Shown here piece by piece: positions 33,471-42,379 of a stretch of DNA of 64,000 bases. The number at the start of each line of letters is the position of its first letter. Positions within the stretch are counted from its first letter, which is position 1. The stretch comes from Methanotrichaceae archaeon (lineage in GTDB: Archaea; Halobacteriota; Methanosarcinia; Methanotrichales; Methanotrichaceae), in NCBI GenBank assembly GCA_963803145.1, contig CAWDLW010000008.1, positions 256,001-320,000 of the forward strand. Reading direction: 5' to 3'. Under the pieces are notes generated by a model that had not been told where the DNA came from, ran no database searches, and saw only the letters and a list, made by a program, of their open reading frames with translations. Position numbers and translations under genes: made by a program.

Positions 33471-33610
33471 CTCCTTTAACCTTATAGCATACGTTTTCCA
33501 AAACCTTCCCCCAGCGAGGGGTTAGGGGCAGCCCGCGCGGCGACTGAGCGCGCTATCGTTGTCGTTAGTATTAGCCCCAGAAGAAAGTATCGTCTCTTAA
33601 TTAGTAGCAA
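33471..33610 (-). repeat. DGR-VR-like repeat, copy F
   Basis: Reverse complement reads gcta-atactaacgacaacgat-agcgcgctcagtcgccgcgcgggctgcccctaa-cccctcgctggggg. Confidence 0.8.
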
Positions 33611-33725
33611 TCTTCAACTACAAAAATGAAGTGATTCTGGAATGTGCTTTCCTTTTATGCCTGCGTATTTTTGTTTTAAACAGAATGTGAAGGGCTTTAT
33701 CCGAGCACCAACAATAATTTCCGTG

Positions 33726-33980
33726 ATGTTCGCAGAGTACATCAAAGCCGCAATGGACAAAGCAGTCTATGAGATTATAGACGATCCCGAGCCCTTTTAT
33801 GGCGAGATCCCGGAGCTTCAGGGCGTATGGGTCACAGGCAAGACCCTTGAGGCATGCCGAGATGACCTGATGAGTGCTCTCGAAGATTGGATCGCATTCA
33901 GGCTCAGGACAGGCAGACCCATTCCATCGATTGGTGGGGCTTCGATTACGGTCTCCACGGAGCCGGTTTCTATTGTCTAA
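33726..33980 (+). CDS. hicB: HicB-family antitoxin
   Basis: YIKAAM..FYGEIPELQGVWVTGKTLEAC. Confidence 0.85.
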   Translation: MFAEYIKAAMDKAVYEIIDDPEPFYGEIPELQGVWVTGKTLEACRDDLMSALEDWIAFRLRTGRPIPSIGGASITVSTEPVSIV

Positions 33981-34078
33981 GCTCACCCCAGTCTCTCGGC
34001 GAGAGATGATCCAGGCGATTAAGGAAGTTGGGGTTTGAGGGGCCATATCCGGGATCACATCACCAGGTCATGGCTTGA
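33973..34078 (+). pseudogene. hicA: HicA toxin remnant (frameshifted, truncated)
   Basis: SKLTPVSRREMIQ then LRKLGFEGPYPGSHHQVM in a shifted frame. Confidence 0.7.
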
Positions 34079-34189
34079 GGCAGCTTAGGTGCGTAGTGGC
34101 AAACAAGCATTTTATGAAGAAGAGCTTATATAGGCATGGATTATTTATATATCCAAATTATATGCGAGGCTGTAACTCCTAATAATAAT

Positions 34190-34333
34190 CTATTTCCCCT
34201 TCTTTATCCAATCCTTAATCGCTTCTTCCATAGCTATCTTAATATTCCCCTTTTTCATTCCCAACCGCTTGGCAACCTCATCTCTAAACTGCTTATCTAA
34301 CTCATCGTCTATTGACACATTGATGTAGGCCAT
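34190..34333 (-). CDS. 47-aa ribbon-helix-helix DNA-binding protein (not in ORF track)
   Basis: MAYINVSIDDELDKQFRDEVAKRLGMKKGNIKIAMEEAIKDWIKKGK. Confidence 0.75.
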   Translation of the reverse strand: MAYINVSIDDELDKQFRDEVAKRLGMKKGNIKIAMEEAIKDWIKKGK

Positions 34334-34389
34334 AATCAATAATACGTAGTTTTCGATATATCAACTTAATTACTTATCCACTAACTATT

Positions 34390-34407
34390 TATGTAGTTAA
34401 CTACATA
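34390..34407. promoter_or_regulatory. Perfect 18-bp palindrome, probable RHH operator
   Basis: tatgtagttaactacata between the divergent RHH gene and paralog 2; half-site tacgtagtt near 34343. Confidence 0.55.
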
Positions 34408-34416
34408 TGTTGGATT

Positions 34417-34932
34417 ATGCCATGGGATGGATCTAATATATCAGACTTGACCGCATCGCTAAACGAGCTTCCGCCCCTCGCCTCCAAGATCGCCGATCTG
34501 AAAAAGGAAACCCTGGCGAGAGAGGCTGCTGTCCTAAAAGCGATCCTGGAGAAGGCCACGCCTCTGGTGCCTCTGCTGAGTGAAGACTATGATCAATATT
34601 ACCGCCGTGAGATTGTTATTCTGACCAGCGAGGAGAGAGTACAGCTTGAGAATTTTAGCATATTCAGCGAGCACACGCTGATTCTCTATGAGAACGGCCT
34701 GCTGGTAAGGGCACATCGCTATGGCCAATCAATGGAAGGTCTGCACTTAGGATGGGAGAATACCGATGAGGATGTGCTTACACCCGAGGCTGCAATAACT
34801 GCATTCGGTTTCACGGCAATTTCAAAGGGCTTGATAAAGGCGCTTGGTGAGGCATCATCGATGGTTGTCCTTAAAGAGAATCTTGAAGGCAGGCTAGCGG
34901 CTTTAACTCAGGCATTGGAGGCTCTACGATAA
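34417..34932 (+). CDS. Unknown protein family, paralog 2
   Basis: Similar to paralogs 1 and 3 with a different N-terminus. Confidence 0.7.
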   Translation: MPWDGSNISDLTASLNELPPLASKIADLKKETLAREAAVLKAILEKATPLVPLLSEDYDQYYRREIVILTSEERVQLENFSIFSEHTLILYENGLLVRAHRYGQSMEGLHLGWENTDEDVLTPEAAITAFGFTAISKGLIKALGEASSMVVLKENLEGRLAALTQALEALR

Positions 34933-34959
34933 GGCAGCGGCGAATGCAGGCGAATAGGA

Positions 34960-35040
34960 TGCGAAGGGCTTTATCTTACCCACAAATAATAATTTCCCTG
35001 ATGTTCGCAAAGCACATCAAAGCGCGATGGATACAGCAAA
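34960..35040 (+). pseudogene. Decayed hicB upstream region and 5' end
   Basis: gaagggctttatc..ataatttcc..atgttcgcaaagcacatcaaagc matches 33689-33760. Confidence 0.55.
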
Positions 35041-35115
35041 GATCGATTACTGAGATAAGTGGTGGCACTTTGGACTATTTTGGTAGGAGACTCTTGAACA
35101 ATCGTAAGGGCAGCC

Positions 35116-35475
35116 TCATTTGCTCATCGAGGAGAGCCGAGATCTTACAAATTCCATGAACTGGCGTACGCCTAAAATGGGATCATTGTCGATGCGGCTC
35201 TCTTCGACGACATCTTGAGAGCCGTTATGGAAGTGTTTCGGGAAAGTTGGTACCCTTTGCCAATTGATATCTGGAAAATTATCATGGCGGTACATGGTAC
35301 CGTCGATATGCCTTCGCTCCCAGTGATACGAGAATCGTCCAGGTATCTTGAGTGAGAACCATATGTCAATAATGGAACCGTCTTTTACAAACGCTCTGAG
35401 CTTGCCGCGGTGAATGATCGAATCTGTAGAAATATCAGCATATTCAGTATCGATGATTTTCTTCAATACCTCCAA
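35116..35475 (-). CDS. DUF6516/TumE-like toxin
   Basis: FSYHWERR..YRHDNFPD..TFPKHFH. Confidence 0.75.
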   Translation of the reverse strand: MEVLKKIIDTEYADISTDSIIHRGKLRAFVKDGSIIDIWFSLKIPGRFSYHWERRHIDGTMYRHDNFPDINWQRVPTFPKHFHNGSQDVVEESRIDNDPILGVRQFMEFVRSRLSSMSK

Positions 35476-35480
35476 ATCGA

Positions 35481-35765
35481 TTATTGGTGCTGAAGCTTCG
35501 TCATCGCAGCTAATAGCTCATCTCTCCTGGCTTCAAGGTAATCGAGTTCCTGGAAATCATCCAGGATATCTTCTTCCCTCATCTCGCCTTTCTTCAGCTT
35601 ATCGTCAAGCTCAAAGATGGACTTTATACCGTGCCTTGTGCCTATCTCGTATATCTCGGCCTCGACGCATCTCAGCTCCCTGTCCAGGAATGCCTTGAGG
35701 CTTTCTCTGGTCAGAGCGTCACGATCCATTTTCAGAGCACTTGCGACCTCATCGATAACTTCCAT
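35481..35765 (-). CDS. Cognate antitoxin of the DUF6516 toxin
   Basis: Acidic 94-aa ORF directly upstream (RHGIKSIFELD..DDFQELDYL). Confidence 0.65.
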   Translation of the reverse strand: MEVIDEVASALKMDRDALTRESLKAFLDRELRCVEAEIYEIGTRHGIKSIFELDDKLKKGEMREEDILDDFQELDYLEARRDELLAAMTKLQHQ

Positions 35766-35904
35766 GATTCACCATCTTTACATCATACTGCAATGATATT
35801 TTAAACCTCTCATCACACTTTTAGTTCGATGACAGTATCCTGAGAGCGTTATCGGGCTATGAAGATAGTAGTCTATTCAGATAGCAGGACTAGAGGCGGT
35901 CTAA

Positions 35905-36471
35905 CTGCCCCCTACAAACCATTCCGAAAACGCCGTTCTGACAGCAACCGATTCAGCAACCACATGCATGCTATCAGAGCTGAGCACAGCACTTAACGAG
36001 CTTCAGCCCCTCGCCCTCGCCTCAAAGATCGCCGATCTGAAAAAGGAAACCCTGGCGAGAGAGGCTGCTGTCCTGAAAGCGATCCTGGAGAAGGCCACGC
36101 CTCTGGTGCCTCTGCTGAGTGAAGACTATGAGCAGTATTACCGCCGTGAGATTGTTATTCTGACCATCGAGGAGAGAGTACAGCTTGAGGAGGGTTTAGG
36201 CTTTTTCAGCGAGTACAGGCTGATTCTCTATGAGAACGGCATGCTGGTGAGGATACATCGTTATGGCCAATCAATAGAAGCTTTGCACTTAGGATGGGAA
36301 AACACCGACGAGGATGTGCTTACACCCGAGGCGGCTATAACCGCATTCGGTTTCACGGCAATTTCAAAGGGCTTGATAAAGGTTCTTGGTGAGGCATCAT
36401 CGATGGTTATCCTCAAAGAGAATCTTGAAGGCAGGCTTGCGGCTTTGACTAGGGCACTGGAGGCTCTATAG
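35905..36471 (+). CDS. Unknown protein family, paralog 3 (CTG at the position of paralog 1's ATG; first ATG 35968)
   Basis: gaggcggtctaaCTGccccctacaaacc aligns with gaggcgatctgaATGccccccacaaacc. Confidence 0.7.
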   Translation: MPPTNHSENAVLTATDSATTCMLSELSTALNELQPLALASKIADLKKETLAREAAVLKAILEKATPLVPLLSEDYEQYYRREIVILTIEERVQLEEGLGFFSEYRLILYENGMLVRIHRYGQSIEALHLGWENTDEDVLTPEAAITAFGFTAISKGLIKVLGEASSMVILKENLEGRLAALTRALEAL

Positions 36472-36525
36472 TGAGGCAAAAATGGCCCCGCAGCATTAAA
36501 TTCCTCGGAGACAAATAGGATCTTG

Positions 36526-36768
36526 ATGTTTTGCGAATACATCCATGCGGCCCTTTCCAAGGCGACTTATGAGATCATTGAGGACGAAGAGCCTTTTTAC
36601 GGAGAGGTTCCGGAACTTAGAGGCGTGTGGGCTATCGGTAAGGCCTTGGAAGAGTGCCGTGAAAACTTGAAAGGCGTAATTGAAGGTTGGATAGCCTTAA
36701 AGTTGGGGTTGGCTATACCTCCCATCAATGGATATACGATAGCCCTTAAATTTACTTCAATATCTTGA
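36526..36768 (+). CDS. hicB: HicB-family antitoxin, orphan
   Basis: [27 protein letters not shown]. Confidence 0.8.
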   Translation: MFCEYIHAALSKATYEIIEDEEPFYGEVPELRGVWAIGKALEECRENLKGVIEGWIALKLGLAIPPINGYTIALKFTSIS

Positions 36769-37549
36769 CGGCCTCTTCCGCAGTCTTATCGTGATGAACT
36801 ATTGCAGATATGGCCTGGGTCATTTTCACAGGATCTTCAGCTTGGAAGACGTTCCTGCCGATTGCAACGCCTCTTCCTCCTGCTTCAAGCGCACCCTCAA
36901 TCATTTGAAGGAACTCCATATCAGTCTCGGTCTTCGGCCCGCCTGCGATCACGACAGGTACAGGACAGCCTTCAACGACATGCCTGAATGTGTCAGGATC
37001 TCCTGTATAATTTGTCTTGATTATATCGGCGCCGAGCTCAGCTCCGGCACGAGCTGCATGCGCTACTACCTCAACGTCATTAGGATTGGAGATTGCCTTT
37101 CCTCGCGGGTACATCATCGCAACAAGCGGCATTCCCCAGAAGTCGCAGCGCTCTGAGACACATCCGAGAATCTTGAGCTGGTCAGCCTCCGTTTCAGAGC
37201 CGATGTTAATGTGGACGCTCATTGCATCTGCGCCCATCTTCAGGCCCTCCTCAACTTCACAAACCTGGACTTTGTTGTTTGGATCCGGGCCGAGGCTTGT
37301 GCTCGCAGACATGTGAACGATCAGGCCCACGTCTCTACCGTAGCCTCTATGTCCATGCCTGACCATACCCTTCTGCTGCAGGACGGCATTGGCACCTCCC
37401 TTGGCAACCTTATTTACCATCTCCTGCAGGTTTACAAGGCCCTTGATGGGACCTACTGAGATCCCGTGATCCAGGGGAATTATAACAGTGTTACCGCTAT
37501 CTCTATCTATTATTCGCTCTATTCTAACTCTCTTTCCTATTTCGCTCAA
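36752..37549 (-). CDS. aroA': 2-amino-3,7-dideoxy-D-threo-hept-6-ulosonate synthase (AroA')
   Basis: [48 protein letters not shown]. Confidence 0.85.
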   Translation of the reverse strand: MSEIGKRVRIERIIDRDSGNTVIIPLDHGISVGPIKGLVNLQEMVNKVAKGGANAVLQQKGMVRHGHRGYGRDVGLIVHMSASTSLGPDPNNKVQVCEVEEGLKMGADAMSVHINIGSETEADQLKILGCVSERCDFWGMPLVAMMYPRGKAISNPNDVEVVAHAARAGAELGADIIKTNYTGDPDTFRHVVEGCPVPVVIAGGPKTETDMEFLQMIEGALEAGGRGVAIGRNVFQAEDPVKMTQAISAIVHHDKTAEEAVKILK

Positions 37550-37567
37550 ATCGTACCATCCCGCAAA

Positions 37568-37590
37568 TGCTAACATGTATCATGTTAGCA
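37568..37590. promoter_or_regulatory. Perfect 10-bp inverted repeat upstream of aroA'
   Basis: tgctaacatg-tat-catgttagca. Confidence 0.5.
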
Positions 37591-37728
37591 CATGGCGTAT
37601 TTAAGGCTGACGCTGATATGATAGAATTCTAATGATAATAATCTTGTTCGTAAGATACATACGAGCTATTGTTCCTGAAGGGAGAAAACACATATGTTAT
37701 AAACTGCAGAGTAAATTCTGGTGTATAT

Positions 37729-37932
37729 ATGGTCGAGATTGGAAGAATAAGAAAGAACGATACTACAGAGATTGTTGTTGAGAAGAGCGAGTATAAGGGC
37801 AAGATAGGTATCAACATCCGTGAATACATCACATCCGATAGATACACTGGTTGGTCTAAGAGCGGCTTAAGGATTCCCTTTGAGCAGTGGAAGGCCCTAA
37901 AGGAACTCTTGGATAAGGTGGAAAGTGCCTGA
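37729..37932 (+). CDS. PC4/Sub1-like ssDNA-binding protein
   Basis: SEYKGKIGINIREY..GWSKSGLRI. Confidence 0.75.
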   Translation: MVEIGRIRKNDTTEIVVEKSEYKGKIGINIREYITSDRYTGWSKSGLRIPFEQWKALKELLDKVESA

Positions 37933-38734
37933 TAGGGATCGCGAGAGGTTCGAGCAGGATTATAAAGATTGGCTCCTGCTGATGGCCAGAGATGCAACCC
38001 ACAGGCTGGCAGCTATGCCGCCTTCTAGACGCATGGCATTGGTAGATGGCTATAACCGATTGAAAAATCCCCATTTTGTCTTTCGCCATCCTTTGGATAT
38101 GAGACGGATTGAGCGCCTCGCGGGCGTTAGGATAGCGAGCTTCATTGTAGTAGAGACAGATGCCATTACCTTCTTTCCCTCGATCTATTCATCCGGTGCT
38201 CTGGATTTCGCAGTCGCTATGAATAGGCGATTCTTCTATACGGGACTATGGTTCCCGATAATTGCTTTGAACTCCGAATATATACGTCGGAGCAGCGACA
38301 AGGTGCTTGCCTTTACACTTGATCATGAGTTCGAGATGAGTCGGATTTACATGGAGATCTCAATGAGTTTAAGATCTCTATCGCCTGATGAAAAGCGTGG
38401 CGTCGTGGATTCGGCCCAAAACATTTCAACCGAGCGGCTAAAGATCACGGAAGTGGAGCTCTTTGAAGATGAGAGGCTCATGCAAGACCTTTCCGGAAGC
38501 GAGCCTCTTATTCCAAAACCCTATGCGGAAAGCGCAATGCTGGCATATCTTGAGGATAACTACGACAGTCTAAAGCACTTGGGCCAAAAAAGCCGTAATC
38601 CTGAGGAAGATTCGTTTGGCGCTGGCCTTTTAGAAGAATTTCGAGGTTGGTCAGAGTTCTCTCGAAAGACTTATGAGCTCTTTGTGAGCGAAGTATTATC
38701 GAATCTGAGGGACGCGAACAAAGGATATGTATGA
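37925..38734 (+). CDS. Hypothetical protein
   Basis: 269-aa ORF coupled to the PC4-like gene. Confidence 0.6.
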   Translation: MPDRDRERFEQDYKDWLLLMARDATHRLAAMPPSRRMALVDGYNRLKNPHFVFRHPLDMRRIERLAGVRIASFIVVETDAITFFPSIYSSGALDFAVAMNRRFFYTGLWFPIIALNSEYIRRSSDKVLAFTLDHEFEMSRIYMEISMSLRSLSPDEKRGVVDSAQNISTERLKITEVELFEDERLMQDLSGSEPLIPKPYAESAMLAYLEDNYDSLKHLGQKSRNPEEDSFGAGLLEEFRGWSEFSRKTYELFVSEVLSNLRDANKGYV

Positions 38735-38807
38735 ATGGAGCCATGAAGTATTTATATAGTGATGTCCATCAATTCTAAGTTATCGCAATTATCCAGGAGA
38801 TTCTAAT

Positions 38808-40115
38808 TTGGTGAAAGCAGAAGTTAAATCTGAAATCGAATCTGAACCCAAGCCCGAAGCAAAAAAATCGGAAGCTAAAAAGGTAGCCTCAAAACCGGAG
38901 GTCAATATTGGCATGGTGGGTCACGTCGATCACGGCAAGACCACCCTTGTCAGGGCCCTTTCGGGAATATGGACGGACCAGCACAGCGAGGAGATCAAGA
39001 GGGGCATCTCAATTCGTTTAGGATATGCAGATGCCACTTTCAGGAAATGCCCGAACTGCCCTGAGCCTGATGCCTATACCGTCGAGCTGACTTGTCCCAG
39101 CTGCGGCGCTGAGTCTGTAGTTTTACGTACAGTATCCTTCGTTGATTCGCCAGGCCACGAAACGCTTATGGCTACTATGCTCTGTGGAGCCGCAATAATG
39201 GACGGCGCTGTTCTGGTTATATCTGCAAACGAGCCCTGCCCTCAGCCTCAGACAAAGGAGCACCTGATGGCTCTAAACATCACAGGCATCAACAGGATAG
39301 TAATAGTTCAGAACAAGATTGATCTCATCCCGAAGGAGCAACTGGTAGAGCATTATCGTCAGATAAAGGAGTTTATAAAGGGCACAGTTGCAGAAAATGC
39401 ACCAATTATCCCGATCTCAGCCCAACAGAACATCAATATCGATTTACTTATTGAGGCCATTGAGAAGACAATACCCACCCCGCCTAGAGACGTAAGCAAA
39501 CCTGCACTCCTGAAGATAGCAAGATCATTCGATGTGAACCGGCCTGGGGCCACACCCGAGAACCTTAAGGGCGGTGTCATAGGAGGCTCACTAAGTCAGG
39601 GTACCATGAAACCGGGCGATAAGCTCGAGATCTGTCCGGGAAGATTGGTTGATGCCGAAGGCAAGAAACAGTGGCACTCCATTGAGACCAAGGTCGTAAC
39701 TTTGCTCGCGGGAAGCCAAGTTCAGGATAAGTTAACTCCTGGTGGCCTTGTGGGTGTCGGGACTCAGCTTGATCCTATAATGACGAAGAGCGATGCCCTT
39801 GTAGGCCAGGTTGCTGGCGAGCCTGGCAAGCTGCCGCCTGTAAGGAACTCATTCATAATGAACATGCAGCTGCTTGAGCGTGTTGTAGGTGTCATGGATG
39901 AGTCAATGGTTGAGCCTATTCATTCAAGTGAACCTCTGATGCTGAATATAGGGACTGCGACAACTGTCGGGGTCGTATCAAGCGCGCGCGAAGGTGGGAT
40001 AGTTCAGGTACAGCTCAAGAGGCCGGTATGCGCTGGTGTTGGCGATAGAGTTGCAGTCAGCAGGCGTATCGGTGCGAGATGGCGGCTTATAGGCGTAGGC
40101 ACAATTGCTGAGTAA
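38808..40115 (+). CDS. eif2g: Translation initiation factor aIF-2 gamma
   Basis: [34 protein letters not shown]. Confidence 0.97.
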   Translation: MVKAEVKSEIESEPKPEAKKSEAKKVASKPEVNIGMVGHVDHGKTTLVRALSGIWTDQHSEEIKRGISIRLGYADATFRKCPNCPEPDAYTVELTCPSCGAESVVLRTVSFVDSPGHETLMATMLCGAAIMDGAVLVISANEPCPQPQTKEHLMALNITGINRIVIVQNKIDLIPKEQLVEHYRQIKEFIKGTVAENAPIIPISAQQNINIDLLIEAIEKTIPTPPRDVSKPALLKIARSFDVNRPGATPENLKGGVIGGSLSQGTMKPGDKLEICPGRLVDAEGKKQWHSIETKVVTLLAGSQVQDKLTPGGLVGVGTQLDPIMTKSDALVGQVAGEPGKLPPVRNSFIMNMQLLERVVGVMDESMVEPIHSSEPLMLNIGTATTVGVVSSAREGGIVQVQLKRPVCAGVGDRVAVSRRIGARWRLIGVGTIAE

Positions 40116-40119
40116 GTCC

Positions 40120-40509
40120 ATGAAGGTGATTCTAGATACGAATGCCCTGATGGTCCCTGAGCAGTTCGGGGTGGATATATTCTCGGAGCTTCATCGCTTA
40201 GGGTATGTGGAATGCATTGTCCCTACTCAAGTTCTGGATGAGCTCGAGACTCTGAAAATCAAAGGTAACAAGGGGCTCGATAAAATAGCAGCTCGTGTAG
40301 GCCTAGGTCTCGCAGAACGGTGCAAGATCATCGATGATGTTTCCGGAAATGCAGATCAGGCGGTGGAGCAGCTCGCAGTTCGCGAACATATTGCAGTCTT
40401 TACAAACGATAAGGCACTGAAGAAAAGGTTATTTACTAAAGACGTGACCGTTGTATACCTACGCCAGGGTCGATATCTAGAGGTAACGTTGAGGAGTTCT
40501 GATGTATAA
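40120..40509 (+). CDS. PIN-domain protein (Fcf1/Utp24-like)
   Basis: VILDTNALM..TNDKAL, in the conserved eif2g-PIN-rpoE operon. Confidence 0.85.
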   Translation: MKVILDTNALMVPEQFGVDIFSELHRLGYVECIVPTQVLDELETLKIKGNKGLDKIAARVGLGLAERCKIIDDVSGNADQAVEQLAVREHIAVFTNDKALKKRLFTKDVTVVYLRQGRYLEVTLRSSDV

Positions 40510-41083
40510 ACGGATGAAGCTTGAGGGAATAGCCAAGATAGAACCAACTCAGCTGGGGGACCCCATAGAGGCGGCTGTGAATCGAGCACTACGCGATAAA
40601 TACGAGGCCGTTGTAGATAAAGTGTTGGGGACAATCGTGGCGGTTCTCGGTGCGGATGATATAGGTGATGGGCATATTCTACCAGGAGATGGGGCCATCT
40701 ATTACAACGTAACCTTCGATGCTCTGGTATTCAAGCCCGAGATGCAGGAGATAATCGAGGGCGAAGTCGTGGAGATCGTGAAGTTCGGGGCATTTCTGAG
40801 CATGGGGCCGTTCGACGGTCTCCTTCACGTGAGCCAGATCACCAATGAGTATATATCATACGATGAAAAGAATTCGCGGCTTGTCAGCAAAGAATCAAAC
40901 AAATCCCTAGGCGAGAGCGATAAGGTCCGAGCTAGGGTGATCGCTGTTAGTCTCAACGAGAAGGAACCGCGGGAGAGCAAGATAGGTCTCACTATGAGGC
41001 AGACGGGGCTTGGCAAGCTGGAGTGGCTTGAACCAACTACTGAAGCGGCGCCTGGCAAGAGCGCAGAGGCAGAGGCTAAATGA
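40502..41083 (+). CDS. rpoE1: RNA polymerase subunit E' (Rpo7)
   Basis: PGDGA, FGAF, DGLLHVSQI, KIGLTMRQ. Confidence 0.95.
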   Translation: MYKRMKLEGIAKIEPTQLGDPIEAAVNRALRDKYEAVVDKVLGTIVAVLGADDIGDGHILPGDGAIYYNVTFDALVFKPEMQEIIEGEVVEIVKFGAFLSMGPFDGLLHVSQITNEYISYDEKNSRLVSKESNKSLGESDKVRARVIAVSLNEKEPRESKIGLTMRQTGLGKLEWLEPTTEAAPGKSAEAEAK

Positions 41084-41265
41084 CAGAGCAGGCTTGTAGA
41101 GAATGTCACAGGATAGTCGAGGGGCTTATATGCCCTATATGTGGTTCATCATCGCTTAGCAAGGACTGGGGCGGATACGTCCTGATTCTTGATCCGAATG
41201 GATCGACTATAGCGAAGAAGCTTGGAATAACGCTCCCGGGCAGGTACGTTCTGAAGGTGCGCTAG
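41080..41265 (+). CDS. spt4: Transcription elongation factor Spt4 (RpoE'')
   Basis: ACRECH..CPICG..W.G..PGRY. Confidence 0.93.
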   Translation: MTEQACRECHRIVEGLICPICGSSSLSKDWGGYVLILDPNGSTIAKKLGITLPGRYVLKVR

Positions 41266-41267
41266 AA

Positions 41268-41798
41268 TTGAGGCTACTGGTCCTACCCGAAGAGCTACGA
41301 TCTGATCTGAAGAATCCGCTAGGGCGATTATGCAAAGGCAATGGCCTTGAATGCATAAATGCCATGAATTCGGAGCTGAAGGCCGCGAGGAAGGTAGCTG
41401 CTGTCGGAGATATGACCGCCTTTTACCTTCTTGAGTCTGGCATGCAGCCGGATCTTATCATCGTGGATCATAAGACCAAGAGGACGCAGACACCTGAGCA
41501 TATCAAGCAGAGCTTAATGCAGGATAGGTATAAAACAGTGGAGGTCGTGAACCCTCCTGCCACATTGACCAGAGATCTCCTGGATGCGATCAACAATTCG
41601 CTAAGCGGCAATGAGAGAACAAAGATTGTGGTCGATGGCGAAGAGGATTTGGCTACTTTGCCTGTGATCCTGTATGCTCCCTTGGGGTCCGTAGTGGTCT
41701 ACGGCCAGCCCAATGAGGGAAGCGTCATTGTCAATGTTACCCCTGAGAAGAAGGCGCAGATCAAAAACTTAATGGATAAAATGATTGTAGAGGAATGA
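41268..41798 (+). CDS. GTP-dependent dephospho-CoA kinase (DUF359)
   Basis: VGD, VDHKTKR, NPPA, VDGEEDL, YGQP. Confidence 0.9.
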   Translation: MRLLVLPEELRSDLKNPLGRLCKGNGLECINAMNSELKAARKVAAVGDMTAFYLLESGMQPDLIIVDHKTKRTQTPEHIKQSLMQDRYKTVEVVNPPATLTRDLLDAINNSLSGNERTKIVVDGEEDLATLPVILYAPLGSVVVYGQPNEGSVIVNVTPEKKAQIKNLMDKMIVEE

Positions 41799-41800
41799 GG

Positions 41801-42127
41801 ATGGATATACAGGTTATTCAAGAGAAGAACAACCCGATGCTTAACAGGCGTGAGATTGTCTTCAAAGTCACCTATGATGAGGCTACCCCATCTAGGAAAA
41901 GCATAGTCGATAAGATAGCTGCCACTATGAACTCAAAGCAGGGACTTGTGATAATAGACAATATCAAGACAGAGTTCGGCAAGCGTGAGGGCATTGGATA
42001 TGCGAAGATCTATGAGAATGCCGATAGAGTTAAGCAGGTCGAGAGACCGCATATTATAGAGAGAAATATGTTCAACAAGCCTGAGGCTGGAGCGAAAACC
42101 GAGGAAGCCAAGAAGGAGGCAAGCTAG
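41801..42127 (+). CDS. rps24e: 30S ribosomal protein eS24
   Basis: NPMLNRREI, TPSRK, GYAKIYE. Confidence 0.95.
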   Translation: MDIQVIQEKNNPMLNRREIVFKVTYDEATPSRKSIVDKIAATMNSKQGLVIIDNIKTEFGKREGIGYAKIYENADRVKQVERPHIIERNMFNKPEAGAKTEEAKKEAS

Positions 42128-42277
42128 ATGGGCGTTGGAAAGTACTATGAAGTCAGTGGAGATACTGTCAAGGCAAAGAAGCCTGTATGCCCACGATGTG
42201 GCAATGGTGTTTTTCTCGCCGAGCATGCTGAGAGAGTCGCTTGCGGAAAGTGCGGTTACACTGAGTTCAAGAAGTAG
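42128..42277 (+). CDS. rps27ae: 30S ribosomal protein eS31 (S27ae; not in ORF track)
   Basis: [38 protein letters not shown]. Confidence 0.95.
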   Translation: MGVGKYYEVSGDTVKAKKPVCPRCGNGVFLAEHAERVACGKCGYTEFKK

Positions 42278-42379
42278 ATCTGCCGATCTAGCTTCTTTAT
42301 TTTACCAAGCCAATACCAAGCAAAGCCAAATGCCAGCACTTATTTAAGCAAGAAGCCATAACTAGCATAGGGTGCAAAT

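Noticed and set aside
23889-33610. Repeat family as a CRISPR array
   Set aside because: Copies are kilobases apart, in both orientations and over 60 bp long; there is no regular repeat-spacer period and no cas genes.
24033-33610. Repeat family as integron attC sites (YYYAAC..GTTAGCC ends in some copies)
   Set aside because: The arms do not pair into a long hairpin with proper L boxes, orientation relative to genes is inconsistent, and there is no integrase.
35838-35880. Another possible degenerate repeat copy
   Set aside because: Only a gagcg-like pentamer matches; too weak.
42135-42347. 70-aa ORF in the track
   Set aside because: Out-of-frame shadow of rps27ae (42128-42277).
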